Of a stretch of DNA of 64,000 bases, positions 34,578 through 48,030 are shown in pieces (the stretch's first letter is position 1; each line of letters opens with the position of its first letter). The notes below the pieces were generated by a model that had not been told where the DNA came from, ran no database searches, and saw only the letters and a list, made by a program, of their open reading frames with translations. The stretch is taken from NCBI RefSeq assembly GCF_018350175.1, contig NC_058382.1, forward strand, positions 58,654,001 through 58,718,000, given 5' to 3'. Position numbers and translations under genes: made by a program. This stretch comes from Felis catus. Its lineage: Eukaryota.

Positions 34578-37500
34578 CTGGGCCAGCATTGTTTGTACAC
34601 ATGGAAAACTGGGGCCCAGGGAGGTCAAGAGGCTTGGGTGAAGCCGCTGTTTGTTCATCTGTGGGCTGGATTAGAACCCTTACCCTCCAGCTAGAGTCAC
34701 TGCCTCTTGGCGTCTACAATACACACACAGGAAGAGAGAATCCAGACATCCTGTATGCATGGGACTTTCTACAGTTTCATTTTCACATTTGAGCAAATAT
34801 TTTTAGTTCAACACTTGAGTTTCTGGGGAAGAAAAGCCTCAAGCAGGAAAGGACATCGGTATTTATACTTCTGGGAAACAGAGGCATCGGGGGTCACAAG
34901 CGAGTGGCCCCCGGACCACACAGGGCCGCAGAGCGACGGAGAGGCCCCGAGCCCTGGCTCCCAGGCTCACGGTTTAGCTTAACCGCTTCGTGCGCTGAGT
35001 TCCGCGTTCCCTCGGGAACACCATCCCAGTGCTAACTGGTTGACGAAGACAAGTTGTCAATACTGGGAAGTGTTCTGTGTTTTCAAGGTCAAGTTCAGGT
35101 CCCTCCCACCCCCAGGAATTGAAGAGAAAGGAGAGAAATAGGCATATGGCGTCCGTAGCCAAGTTGGCCTCTCAGAGTCACAAAGGCGTCGTAATTAACC
35201 GTTTTAAGGGCACGTCAATGGTGGTGGCGGGAGGGCGCTAAGAGGCTCACGGAAGACACAGCTGAGAGAGCCCTGGGACAGCTCTGTCCCTGCTCACGGT
35301 GGGGGCGGCCAGTCCGGGTAACTCCTGCCCGAGGCCTCACGGCCAACGGGAAGGGGTCTGCCAAGCAGGAGCAGAAGCCCAGCACGTGGGAGGTGAAGAC
35401 CGGGGACCGACCGACGTCTGGAGCTACGAATGCTTGGGGGCCCCATGGGCAAATCGACGCACAGAGCAGGGTACACACAGAGGTCTGAAGACATCTGTCT
35501 GGAGCTTTTGCCTTCACCCCCCACTGCCATGCAGTGAGAAGTCCAGGCCGCCTTCTGGGGTAATGCTGGGCCCTGGGAGATTTTCTTCTTCCCCTGTCTG
35601 CACAGCCCCACAGCCCTGTTCTGTCCCTGTTCTGCCCACGTCGCAGCCGCCGTGGGAGGCACACGGCTCGTCCCCTGGACCGCCCCACGGCCTCCCGTCC
35701 GCACGGCCCTCTCTCCGTCACAGTGCTACCTTCGCTGGAGAATCCCTTCCGTGTCGCTCGCTCAAATTCTCTGGAGCCTGTGTGAATCAAATAACCTTTG
35801 TGAGCATTTTTGAGGTTACAGATCTCTGGCCAGCTTGTGGATTATTTTTCCTATGGGTTAAGTGCTAAGCCCTGAATAAGTCAGCTGTGACCAGGGTAAG
35901 GGAGGGGGGCGGGTGGGAGACACAGGATCCCAGGGACGGCGTATCCGCCTAGGAAGCAGGGGCACGCCAGAGTCTCAGCTGTGTCACACTGTGCATATCT
36001 GTACCCACGCACATCTGCACCCTGCCTCTCTCCGTACCTGTATCTGTACGTATACCTGCCCCTGCGTACGGCTTCCTTTCTGCCCTCCCTTCCTTGGACC
36101 TCTCACAAAGAGGGTTGCAAGGCCACCTTATCGGCTTGCCGGTTTATTCCCTCTCGTCCTCTCTGCCTGCCCCATTTTCTGCTGATGACCATTCTGATGT
36201 ATTCAATGCAGACAGTTGTATTCCAGCATACAGCCAAAAAGCCGGACTTCCTGGTGTGGAATCCCAGATCCGATATTGATCAGCTGTGTGGCTTGGAGCC
36301 TCGGTGTGTAATAGAGGGTCGCTGTGACCATTGCAAGGATGCGCGCACAGGCGCTCAGTATGAGGGTGCCCGCGCACTTGGGACGCTGCCCTGTGCACGT
36401 GCTACAGAGGGGTTGGTTCTCCACTGCATTCTCGCGAGAGACATGCCTCGTTCTTCACGCGCCGGCACTTACGAGAATGTAGGTAGAAGTGTGCAGCTAC
36501 AGGCCTCGTCTCATTACTTGTTTCACTCAGCATGTTTCATTCATGTCTATGGATTATTGTTAATGTCTGTTGGCGTTAACACTTCCGCACGAAGATGCTT
36601 CTTAATGGCGGCACGCTTTTTTTGTTGCCAATTGATCAGTGTAACAGTTTTGTATAGCTGAATATCTGGGTTGTTCCCAGGGCTTTGCTATAAAAACAAT
36701 GCTTCATGCTGTATCCACGTATGCACTGTTGTGCGATCTCCAGGTTCACCTAGGAGAACGGACCAGCGGGCGCACACACACGGTGGGGACCTGCCCCTCC
36801 AGGCTGCTGCCCTAACTCACGCTCCTTTAAGGCAAACGGAAGATGCTTGCTGCCCCTTTGCCCCTCACCGGGGCCCACAAGGTGCATTTTCAAGGCGAGA
36901 CAGAAAACCTTTGGCCCTGAGACCTTGACTTGCAATCCCACTGAAGGCAGAGCGAGTCACAATCAGAAAGGCACGCGTTAGCATCAGACAAGAGGAAGAT
37001 GCCCCGAGAGAGACACTTCTGTCACAGCAGGAGGCAGAAGGACACAGAAGGGACACAGAGATGTTAGGTGTCTGATGTCACGGGGACCTCTGCTGAGCAC
37101 AGGACCAGGAACGGGTGATGGAAGGAGGCGGGCAGGGCAGCTGGGGGATGGGGCGGGCTCAGCCACGTTTCCTGGAAGCAAGCTGCCTCCTGGTTACATA
37201 TTACGTTCATTGTGATTGTAAGTACGGGTTTGCCTTCCCTAATGGCAGGGTTGGGTAATGATGTGGTGATGGGGCATGCTTTACCCAGGAGGATCTGGGC
37301 TGCAGATTCCCGATTCAGACGGAATGCTTGGCTGTTTGATTTTCATCTGCCATCATTTGATTGTATTTATTGAGCTGGGAATGTGGGGAGGCTAACTCTC
37401 CCTGATTTTTTTTTTGGTTGTTTTTAATTTGGGAATGCTAGAGAACAGACGGTGGCTATTATTCCTACTGGATAAGGATCCCTTCACAATGCATGAGTTG

Positions 37501-38194
37501 GAATTTGCGGTGGGGTTTTGTAGGAGAGAGGCAAAGGATATCGGGTGGCTTGCCCAAGACGGTCTGTGGCAGGGGAGTTGGGAGCTTTGGGTACAGGGGT
37601 CTCTGAATATCGGCCAAGGAGCTAGCTCTCCCCCCTTCCCCCACCAAGAGCCATTGAAGGGACTCGGTGTGTCACAGGTGGTTTGTGGCCTAAGTCGTGT
37701 GTCAGTTAGGAATGCTGTAAGCTGCAAGTAATGCACTTAAGACCAGTAGCGGACGTCGGTAGGAGGTTATCTTTCTCACAGGTGGATAAGGTTGCACGGA
37801 GCGGTTATCTAAGCAACATCGACGCTCCAAGGCGGCGTCTTGGAGATTTTCTTAGCTTCTGCCCCGACACATGGCAGCTGTTCTGAGCATCCTATTTCCG
37901 GACCTCTCCAGAATCTCCTTCTATTACACATCCCCTTTTCATTTATTAAAAAATTGCTTTATCCCTATTTCAGAGAGCTATATGGCAATCTTGGGCGGGG
38001 GGCACTGGTTTCCAGTTGAGGGTTTCTGGGACGGATGGTTGTGAGCCCAGAGGAGGTCCCCATGAGTGTCTCATTGCTCATCCCTGCCTCCCCCCAGCCC
38101 CACCGCAGGCAAAGCTGTTGGGCAGCCTGCTTTCCTGGCTCTGATTCCAGGACTGACACCTTGTCTAGCCCCCTGCCTTATTACTGGACAGGCA

Positions 38195-38445
38195 GCCAGG
38201 AGTAGAACACATGCTCTGCCTCCGAGGCTTAGACCTGGGTTTGCCTCTCAGACCCACCACTCTCGCTTGTGTGACCTTGGGCAAGGGTGAGCATGCTTCT
38301 GAGCCTCAGTTTCTCCCTCTATCAAATGGAGACGAGAATACATAATCAAGAATTGTGAGACACACAGAGAGAGAGAGAGAGCACTAAATAGCCCTAGCAG
38401 TGCTCCTGACAGGAGCTTCAGTAACTGGTCACCTCTTGTCATGAT
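38195..38445 (+). mobile_element. MIR
   Basis: 'tgtgtgaccttgggcaag...ctgagcctcagtttctccctctatcaaatgg'. Confidence 0.8.
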
Positions 38446-39094
38446 TCCTGCTGTTGGGGGAGGGGGATGGCAGACGAGCCAGTGACTCTGCCCTGAGGAC
38501 ATGAACAAAAAGGGTAAAGTAAATGTGATGGGATTTCCTTAGCCTCTGATCCCACTGGGGGTGATAGTGAGGGTGTGTGTCAGGGGTTTAATACACAGTG
38601 TGCAGGCTGTGAAACCCCTGCAGCACCTGCCATGTAGATGTAAAAGCCCGTTATAGGCATTGCAGGAAATTGCACTGGTTGAGGTCCTTCATCTGCAAAG
38701 AGGGCTCTTCTTGTCCACCGTGTGAGTGATGATGACCAGATGTGCCGGAGTGGAAGCAAATAGGTACGGCCGCCTCTGACGATTACCACCGACCCACCGA
38801 AACTCCTGCCTTCCCATCACAGAACAAGGGGACTGGGGACTTGGCATCATGGAGAAACTGCCAGGCACTGCAGCCCTCCCATGTCTGTAAACCACTGCAC
38901 CCAGCATCTTGGGGGTAGTCAAGGGGACCAGCTCCAGCTGTCTTCCATGGGATCCTTCTTTGGAATGAGCTTCTGGAACAATTGCAGGGTCACCAGCAGT
39001 GGTGGAACGTAAATGGATAGATGGGGGGAGGGCCAATTTTAAAAAGCCACATCTGAGCATCTGGAGTGAATCTGATGAAGAGTTGGTGGTGGAT

Positions 39095-39195
39095 GGACTC
39101 TTAGAACCCACTCAGTTCAAACTCCTTATGTGACAGATGAGAAAACTACAGCCTAGAAGGGAAATGACTTGCCTAAGGTCATGCAGCAAGCTGGC
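39095..39195 (-). mobile_element. MIR
   Basis: 'acagatgagaaaactacagcctagaagggaaatgacttgcctaaggtcatgcagc'. Confidence 0.8.
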
Positions 39196-39206
39196 GCTAA
39201 TGCAAT

Positions 39207-39585
39207 TCAATCCATCCATCCATCCATCCATCCATCCATCCATCCATCTCTTCCTCCCTCCCTCCCTCCCTCCATCCACCCAACTATCCATTCATTCACC
39301 TACCCATCCACCCATCTGTCCATCCATTCATTCATCCACACGGTTATCCACCCACCCATCTTTCCTTCCTTCCTTCCTTCCTTCCTTCCTTCCTTCCTTC
39401 CTTCCTTCCTTCCTTCCTTCCTTCCTTCCATTCATCCACCTATCCATCCACCTACCCATCCATCTACCCCTCCCTCCATCCATTTCCCTACCCATTGATC
39501 CCCCACCTACCCATCCAACTATGCATCCACCCACCCACCCACATACACCCACCCATCCATCCATCCATCCATCCATCCATCATTC
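39207..39585 (+). repeat. Compound (TCCA)n/(CCCA)n array with pure (TTCC)~16 core
   Basis: Direct reading; the pure TTCC block spans about 39362-39429. Confidence 0.97.
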
Positions 39586-39950
39586 AAACAATCAGATACA
39601 TACTGAAGATTTCTGATGTGCTAAGCACCATAGTAGGGCACCAACAAGGAGATCAGATCCCCCTCTTCAGAGAGCTTACATTCCAGTGGAGGAGACAGGT
39701 TAGAGCAAATCATGTATTTAATTTCAATTGGGGTCATTGTTATGAGAAAAAATTCAGCGTCCTAGGAGAGAGGATCCTGGGGGATCGGGAAGTACCCTCT
39801 AAGGAAGTAATCTTTAAACTCAGACCTGAAGAATGAGTAGGACTGGCCAGACAAAGGAAAGCGTGGTTAGACATGAGTATTTCAGGCAGAGGGAAGTCTT
39901 GAACAAGGGAAGGAGCATGAGACACTGTGAAAATGAAGGAAGCCTGGAGG
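39580..39950 (-). mobile_element. L2 LINE 3' region
   Basis: 'gagcttacattccagtggaggagacag', 'agacctgaagaatgagtagga' and 'tttcaggcagaggga'. Confidence 0.8.
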
Positions 39951-40724
39951 TGCTGGGGAGGGTGGCAGCCTTAGAACTCAGGCTTGCAACTTCCAGGCTG
40001 AGCAGTCTTTCCACAATGCTCTGCAGGTCCCATCCCCTGGCTTTTACCTTGTGGAATCAGTCTTTCCTCTGATTCTCATGTTTGGAAAGAATTGGTAATG
40101 AAAATACACAGCTGCTTCATTCTAGAGAAGATTCATTCCAGACCAGAATGGGATTTAGGGGTTGGAGGAGAAACCTGTATTAAGTAAATATTAAAATACC
40201 AAATGATTTGGCACACCCAATAAATAAATTATCTACCCAAATAAGACATCTGGGGTTCTCCATCCTACGGTGGAATGGGTTTCCTAGTGATGTCAGGACT
40301 CTGGGTAGCATCTCTGAAAGCTTCCTGACCTTCTAGCATAGTCACAGGTGGCAGATGTTTTTTAGGCATCGTACCATTGTAGGATTGCTTCCAAAGACAG
40401 GTAGAAAGAGAAGCAACCTCACCCCTTTTATCAGGGAGAAAAACTCTTTTCCAGGAGTCTTATAACATTCTTTCTTTCATGGCTCATTGACCAAAACTGG
40501 GTCGTGTGTTCTCTGTAGGAAAGGCTGGAAAAGTGATTGCCTGGAAAGATAAGGAAAGAGATTTGCAAGTAGCTGCCGGGCCACCAGCTGACACGTGCCT
40601 TTTGCTGTTAGGGCAATTGAGCCACCGAAGGAATGAGTCCTCTTTCCATCCCTAATTATTTAGTCCTGGTGATTATTACCTATTTCTGCAGCTCATGTTT
40701 ATTAGTATTTCAGTGTGTGACGTG

Positions 40725-42215
40725 GTACAGAAAAAGCTTTTGACACAATTCAATACTCAGCCAATAAGGAGGGAATTTACTGAACCTGGTGAAGACCAAC
40801 TCGATCGTCAAAAGGAGAAGAAAAAACAAACAACCCTGATCCCTACCTCACACCATATACAAACATCAATTTAAAATGTATCAAAGATCTAGGGGCGCCT
40901 GGGTGGCTCAGTCGGTTAAGCATCCGACTTTGGCTCAGGTCATGATCTTGCAGTCTGTGAGTTCGAGCCCCGCATCGGGCTCTGTGCTGACAGCTCGGAG
41001 CCTGGAGCCCGCTTTGGATTCTGTGTCTCCCTCTCTCTCTGCCCCTCCCCCGCTCATGCTCTGTCTCTGTCTCGAATAAACATTAAAAAAAATTTTTTTT
41101 TTAATGTATCAAAGATCTAAATGCAAGAGCTGAAACTACAAAGCTTCTAACCTTCACAAACAGGGCAGGCAAAGATTTCTTAGACATGATAGAAAACACA
41201 CTAATAAAAAAAGTGACAAATTGAAATTCAAAATAAAAAATATTTGTTCTTTAAAAAATACTATTAAAGATGGAAAAGCAAGCATCAGATGGAGGGAAAT
41301 GGTTACAGTATGCATACTTAGATATTGGCTTGTATCCAGAATACATAAGAACTCTTACAACACGATATTAAAAAGACGATCGACACAATTTTACAAAGGA
41401 CTGAGACCCTTCACCAAGAAGGAGAATGTCTAATGGACGCACGAGACGCACGAGATGATCCACATCATTAGTCGTCGGGAAATGGAGATCAAAACTATAG
41501 TGTGGCAACATCACATACCCACCACAATGGCTAAAATTAAAAACACTGACACTACCAAGTGTTGACGAAGAAAAGGAGCAACTGGAACCCTGTCACATTG
41601 TTGGTGGGTGTATAAAATGCACAGTCACTTGGAAAGGCAGCTTGCAGTTTCTAATAAAGTAGAACATACACTTCCTGAAAGACATAGCAATTAAATTCCT
41701 AGGAATTCTTCCTGAGAGAAATTAAAGCACATGTTCACAAAAAGACTAACATGCAAATGATCAGAGCAGTTTTATTTAAGTGGTCAAAACTGCGTAAAGC
41801 CCTAAAGTTCATCAACAGGTTAATGGACACACAGTGATAAATCTGTATGGTGGAACACAACTCAATAATAAAAAGGATCAAGTTTCTGACATAAGAAACA
41901 ATATCGACGAAGCTTAAAATATTATTCTGTGTGGAGGACGCGAGGCACAGAAGAGTAAATCCTGCGTGATTCCATTGAAATCAAGTTCTACGACAGGTGC
42001 AAGTAATCCATAGCTGTAAACATCAGATGAGTGGTTGCCTGAGGTAGGAGGATTTATTGGGAAGGACAGCGGTATTTGAGTGGTGACAGAAATGGATGAA
42101 ACAAACTATATCTTTGTCGCGGTTATGGTTGCAGTGTGTATATATTGGTCAAAACTTGAGATGGACGCATTCTGTTGTAAATAAAATTTGCCTCGATAAG
42201 ATCGGTTTCAAAAAA
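40725..42215 (+). mobile_element. Ancient L1 (L1MC/MB-like) ORF2 end and 3' UTR
   Basis: 'ccctacctcacaccatatac', 'gtatccagaatacataagaactcttacaa', 'atggctaaaattaaaaacactgac' and 'ggagcaactggaac'. Confidence 0.85.
40892..41102 (+). mobile_element. Feline Can-SINE with 17-bp TSD
   Basis: Starts 'ggggcgcctgggtggctcagtcggttaag'; TSD 'aatgtatcaaagatcta' at 40875-40891 and 41103-41119. Confidence 0.97.
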
Positions 42216-42491
42216 TCTGCCCCAAAGCATAAAAATGTGTATTCATGTTACCCTCAGGGTAATGGAAATGTCTATTGGGCTCTTAAAATAATGGCCACAT
42301 TTTCATCTTTGTGGGAGGTGTAGGGAGAGTTGAGATCCTTCCAGGGGCAGCTGCAGATCTCAAGGCTGGGTGCTGGGCAAGAGCTCTGAGTGTGGTTATT
42401 AGTGGGGAAATGTGTCTGCATAATGCAATCAGGGTTTGCTCCAGCCTCAACCTCATTACGGGTAACTAAAGCAAGAGTTGAGTAATCTGGC

Positions 42492-42519
42492 CACACACAC
42501 ACACACACACACACACACA
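42492..42519 (+). repeat. (CA)14 microsatellite
   Basis: Direct reading. Confidence 0.95.
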
Positions 42520-42794
42520 TGCACTCCAACTCTCTCTGCCCCCAGACACAGAGCACAGCCTTATGTGTTCTCTGTAGAGTTGAAGAACAGGCAGAGTCAG
42601 GCCCCTGGGGCTGGAATATGAGACCTGCCATCATCCTTAGCTGTTACCGCCATTAAAGTCATGGCGGCCATTTACGGAGCACTCCCTGTGTGCAGGCACC
42701 CCGCCGTCTGCTGGAGCTACCCCATCTAATCCAAGCCTCTCACCGGTACTGTGAGCTAGAACACTGTCTCCCAGCCATCTGAGTATCTGGAAGT

Positions 42795-43285
42795 GTCACA
42801 CAGCTAGGGTGGCACACCGTGGTCCCAGTCGTTGACCCCTCCTTACATCCATGCCTGTGCATGTGACCGTGAAGGGCTCTCCCACAGCGGGCTGGGAGAA
42901 CCGTCCCGCCCCTTGACGTTGGCCTCATCTGTGTGACTTGCTTTGGTCAGTGGGACATTAGCCACACAAGGGAAGTAGGGGCTCGCTATGAGCTCCTGCA
43001 CTGGGATGTGCTTTCCTGTGTCTTTGCCACGCCATGAGGACGTGCCTGAGCTGGCTAGCTAGACGTGAGACGCAATGCAGCCACGTTGACTTCCCATTTG
43101 TCCCGGTTGCGGCCAGCCCAGATCAGCCACAGCCTACCAGTCCCAGACATGTGAGCAAACCCAGCCCAGGTCGGCAGCGCTGCCCAGCTCAAGATACATG
43201 AGCAAAGAAAAATTTACTGTCCTTAGGACACTGAGGTTTTGTGGTTGGCTGTTAGGCAGCACCATTACGTCAAGAGGCAACCATC
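42795..43285 (+). mobile_element. MLT1 (H/I-like) solo LTR
   Basis: 'tgtgacttgctttggtcagtgggac', 'cccagacatgtgagcaa' and 'cactgaggttttgtggttggctgttaggcagca'. Confidence 0.75.
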
Positions 43286-43784
43286 TGCCTTCATCTTTCT
43301 GCATCTCGAAGACCCATCTGGGGCATCTCCTGAGCGCACAGTTGTAGGCAAACATCAATTTCTTCTCCCAACAAAGCCACGTGAAGCCCAAAGAATGCTG
43401 GCTCCAGGGTCCCCAAGTAGGTTAATTAAACCCTGGGTCACGGAGCACAGAAGAATGTGTTGGTCCATTTAGAGAAGGGCAATCGACTCACAAAAAGAGA
43501 CAGAGCTTCAGAAAAGGAAACAGACCGGCCCAGAGCTTCTCGGCCATCAGTGTGCATTGCCTGGGAGCTCGTCCAATTGATGACGCTGCAGACCATCATT
43601 TCGCAGGCCGGTGGGTCCTCAGTTCCATATTGGTACCTCTCAGGGGGTGCTGCTGCTGCTGGTGCAGGGACCACACTTCGAGAAGCAAAGGACGAGATCC
43701 CTGGCTAGACTACACTAGACGAAACGTCAGGGAACAATGCATCGCGGAAGAGTACGTCTACTTTTGCGGCCGTTTTAGTTCAAA

Positions 43785-43787
<3 letters not shown>

Positions 43788-43829
<42 letters not shown>
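43788..43829 (+). repeat. (GT)21 microsatellite
   Basis: Direct reading. Confidence 0.97.
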
Positions 43830-43830
<1 letters not shown>

Positions 43831-46800
43831 GGCATGTGCACGCTCACAACCAAATGGGATCCAAGAAAGTGAGGACCGGGCACTAGAACCAGAGGCGGGA
43901 CTCGCGTCCAAAGACAAAAATACGCTCAGGTGGAGTTTGGCTATGGATCATTTTGACTCTATTTTAAACATTGAAACGTCACAGTAAGGGACATTCGCCT
44001 TATCTAGTCCCACGGCGCTTCCATTATGAAAATTTGAACCTGTGCCATTTCCTGTGGCGAGGGCTTACACAGAGGGGTGAGAGGGCGCATCTATTTTGGA
44101 CTCTCATTTCAAAACCTCTCAATATCACTGAAATCAACTGGCACAAACAGAGCGCCTGGGAGTTTCTTTCACAGAAACGCGAAGCATGCCTATCAATGAA
44201 TCGCACACGACCCGGCGGAAAAGTCCACCAATGGCCGCTCCATCAACTTTGGCAGATGTATACATTATGCCTTTTGATCTCCAAGGATGCTGTATTTAGA
44301 TGACATAATGCGCGTTCGGTTATCTTCCTCCGAGGTAGAAGGGACGTAAGCAGATATCCACTCCTGCAAGACCAAATTAGCACCTCTCTGCTGGAAGATA
44401 AACATGTTCGGCAGGAAAGCTCTGATTAAAGTACAAAGCGGCCGAGGGGGTACGAGGCCGTACCCCTGAGTGCGATTCCTATTTATAATGAAAGGAAATA
44501 GCATTGGTATGACATCGGGCAGCGGGGAGTAGGGACTGTTCTGAATGCAGCCGTCCTGCGGGCATCGCCATGGTTTGCTCCTGTAACCTGGGGCTCGGGG
44601 CAGGAAAGGGGGGAGGGGGTGCCACGCGGAACCTGAGGTCAGAGCGAGGGCTCCCCTGGGCTGCACGCTGTCCGTGGCACCTCCCGGGGCTGCCGTGGGC
44701 AGCCGTGCGGTTTGCTCCCTGAGCCACTGCCCTTGGCGAGGGGGCTGGTGGCGGTCCCGCCCGCCACCAGGCAGCTCACCAAACCACACACCCCGGTGCG
44801 GCGCCGGGACTGCCCAGAGGGTGGCGCTGCCCTGACGGTCCTCGCAAAGGCGCCGTGTCGCCCGGCCACGGCTGCCCTGCCGGTGCTGCCTGGTGCGCTG
44901 TGCCCACAGAGACCAGGTCCCAGGCGGTCTCTCCCTGTCCGCACTTCCCCCTTCAGGAGAGGCCATGGGGCTGTGCGTGGCAAGAGCCTGGGGCTGCTCA
45001 CGGCTGGGAAAACTACTGAGCTGTCCACGTTGCTCTAGACTTCCCATGTTTCTCCACGGGATGGCTGTCTTTCACATCAGGACACGGTGCGCGAAAGCGT
45101 CACCAAGCTGCATCGGCTCGCCGAGAGTCCCGGCGGATTGGCGGCTACTTTCCTCCCCTGTCGGAGGCATCCAGTGAGATTCCCACGCTCGTTCGACGAG
45201 TATCTGTGGTTGTCTGCCGTGTGCCCACGGCAGACACCAGTGGGGACCGCATAGGGGGTGGCCCTGTCTCCGCCGTCCAGCAGAAATGACAAACCACAGT
45301 GTGGTGAGGGCGACAGGAAAGAGACCTCACCGTAGAGAGGCCCCAGCTACTCTTGGGCTGCGGGTTCAGAGGCAGCCGGGTGGGAAGGGAAGGCAGGTAA
45401 GGAGGAACCTGCCTGTACGGCGGCTCAGAGGCACAGTGGGCAGAGGAAAGCCTGCTTGTCTGGGCTACAGAGGTAGGACAAGACTGGTGGGGGGGGGGGT
45501 TGGGCCGAGACCCAACACCTGCAGCGCTATGAGTCACCCAGACGCTTCTGGCTACTGTCCATTGGGTGATGGCGGCCACACGTCCCGCTCTGTCTGTCCT
45601 GAGTTGTGGCTGCTGTCCCATGTACACTCAGAAGTTCCCAGGTTTGAACAGCAGATGATACGACCCTCTCTGAAGGTGAGAACGGCCCACTGTGTGAGGA
45701 CACAGCTCAGAAGGGCAGGGCTGGACGGGGACAAGAGCAGCCATTGACCGAGGCAACTGCATGGCGGAAAGAGGGCGATCAGGTCTCTTGGCGGATCCCC
45801 GGACCCTGGCTTCAAACGGACATTAATCCAGGAGGCCCACAATACCATAGGAGCCCACCAGTCCCAGGAGGGGCTTACGGAGGGCAGGGGATTAGTGGGG
45901 TTGTAGCTCAGATGTGTCGTAAGCGGGTCCAGTGGGTTCCCAAACCCGCCTGTGGCCATGCCCCAGTTCCGGAGGGCAGCAGATACACTCAGCCACCGGT
46001 GGCACCCCAGGGGAGGGGGCGTGGGGGCGAGGAGGGGTCTCGGGGATTCCCACAGCACAGGACAGCCATCCCGAGTCACCGGATGCTGCTCACTGGCCCG
46101 TCCCGGGGCACCCAAGTGTCACGCTGTCCGGAGGAGGGGCTGCCTCCGCCCTCACGTCTCCCCGCGGGTCTGGGCTCAGCCTCCGCAGGACCCGTGCTGA
46201 CTGACCGTCTCTCTACTTTGGGCGCAATGGCCCGGGCCCCATGCAGAACCTGCCGACACGCCCTCGGCACCCAGAGAAAGGGACTCCACGCTTGCGAGGA
46301 CGCACAGATTCACTGACACCTTCCATGACAGTAAGGACAGCAACGTTGACCCAGAGCTTCCTCTGTGTTCCTTGCAGGGCTGCAGAGTCAAAGTGGGCGG
46401 TGACTGGCCTGGGGCCCACTCTTCCTGCTTTGGAGGGTCCTGGCCGCCCCTTCCCGGCCTCAAAGCTCTCTCCTCCCAGAGGTCTGCAGCAATTCTGGCT
46501 CGGGGAAGGGGCCTGGAGACAGTCACTTACACCTCGGTATGAACTTCTGTCCCCGCCTCTCCATCCGACTTAGGAAACGCGTTTTATGAATCACGTCTCG
46601 TGAAGGAGTCAGACTTGTTCCCGGGCGCAACATTCGGGGAGAAGAGGCAGGGTTGGGGGGGGGCGGTGCGAGGTGCACCTGTGCTAACATTCGGACCACC
46701 CTTGGTGCCCCGAGCAACGCTGGGTTCTTTGTCCTCAGCTGCACCTGCTTCTCCAGCGAGAGCTCCCGGAGACCTGCTCTCCCACACCTGACACTCACCC

Positions 46801-47029
46801 CTACTCCGAGCCCCTTTCATGGCAGGAGCTGCCAAGGCTGGACCCTCCCTGTCTCTGAGACCAGCTTCCTCTGTCATCACCTGGATGACCAGCCCCTCCC
46901 TGAGTTCCCTCCTCCAAAAAACATTTTTTTAAATTAAAAAAAAAAAAAAGCATTTGATAGTCAATACATGGAAGAGAGGAAGAAAAGTTTTGCTATACTT
47001 CTGATTTTTACGGTTCAGTATTGATTTGA

Positions 47030-47235
47030 TTTTGTTTTATTTTTTCTAATCTTTTGTAACATTTATTCGTTTTTGGAGAGACAGAGCATGAGCGGGGGAG
47101 GGGCACAGACAGAGGGACACACCGAATCCGAAGCCGGCTCCGGGCTGCTGGATTCAGGGCCCGAACCCACGGACCGTGAGATCACGACCTGAGCCGAAGT
47201 CGGACGCTCCTCCGACTGGGCCACCCGGGCGCCCC
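47030..47235 (-). mobile_element. Feline Can-SINE, diverged and internally deleted
   Basis: 'gagacagagcatgagcgggggagggg...gacctgagccgaagtcggacgc...gccacccgggcgcccc'. Confidence 0.9.
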
Positions 47236-47679
47236 TCAGCCATCTTACTTGGTATATAGATTTATCTCTCTTGGCTTTTAATGTTTTTTTTCTTCAAGTT
47301 TAACTTACATCCAGAAAGCATATGGAGTACACAAATCTTACACGTCCAGCTTGACGAGTGTTACGGATGCGTAACCTCAGTGGAGACATATGCTATCGCC
47401 AGTACCCGGGGCTCCCCCGTTAGCCCCGTCCCTTCTCAGCCTATACTTTCCCCAGGGGTGGCCTTTGTTCTGACTTCCACCCTCCGTGTGCCGGGATAAA
47501 CACCAGACTCCTCAGTGCCGCCCTTGCGTTGGATGCCCTGATTTGCTGGGATCTGTTCACTCTGCCCTTTGGGCAAACCACCCTTCCTGTGAGCTTCCAG
47601 AACCCTAAATGGTGGGGCTCTCTTGTGCGTCGATCAAGCTTCCTGCTCCTCCCGCCCAGCTCAGACGAAGGGAGCATCT

Positions 47680-48030
47680 AAATGACGTGCACGTCGGAGG
47701 ACCTGGGACGTGTGAGAACGTCCTGATGCCCGGGCCTCCCGTGTGAGGATTCTGGGTTAGTCTGGGATGCGGCCGAGGTACTGGGTTTTGAAAAATCTCC
47801 CCTGGTGATTCTGAAGTCTTGAATGCTCCAAACCAAGGAGCTTGGGAAGCCACTCCCAGCGACTAGGTAAAATCAAGGGCCACTCAGTGTGGTTCAGGGA
47901 CCAGCAACTCCGGGCATCCTTGGGTGCTGGTTAAACATGGACAGTCTCAGCCCCACCTCGACCTGCTGAACCTGAACCTTCACTTTAGCCAGACCCCAGG
48001 GATTAGTGTGCATTTGCATGGAAAGGCCAC
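47680..48030. mobile_element. Two adjacent MER5-family elements
   Basis: 'aaatctcccctggtgattctga' (about 47800) and 'gtgtggttcagggaccagca...cagccccacctcgacctgctgaacctgaac' (about 47890-47980). Confidence 0.65.

Noticed and set aside
40892..40970. tRNA-like A/B boxes
   Set aside because: tRNA-derived head of a Can-SINE, not a tRNA gene; the same applies to the other SINEs.
44447..44466. Hairpin ggggtacg-aggc-cgtacccc
   Set aside because: An 8-bp stem is expected by chance in 64 kb of GC-rich DNA, and there is no supporting context.
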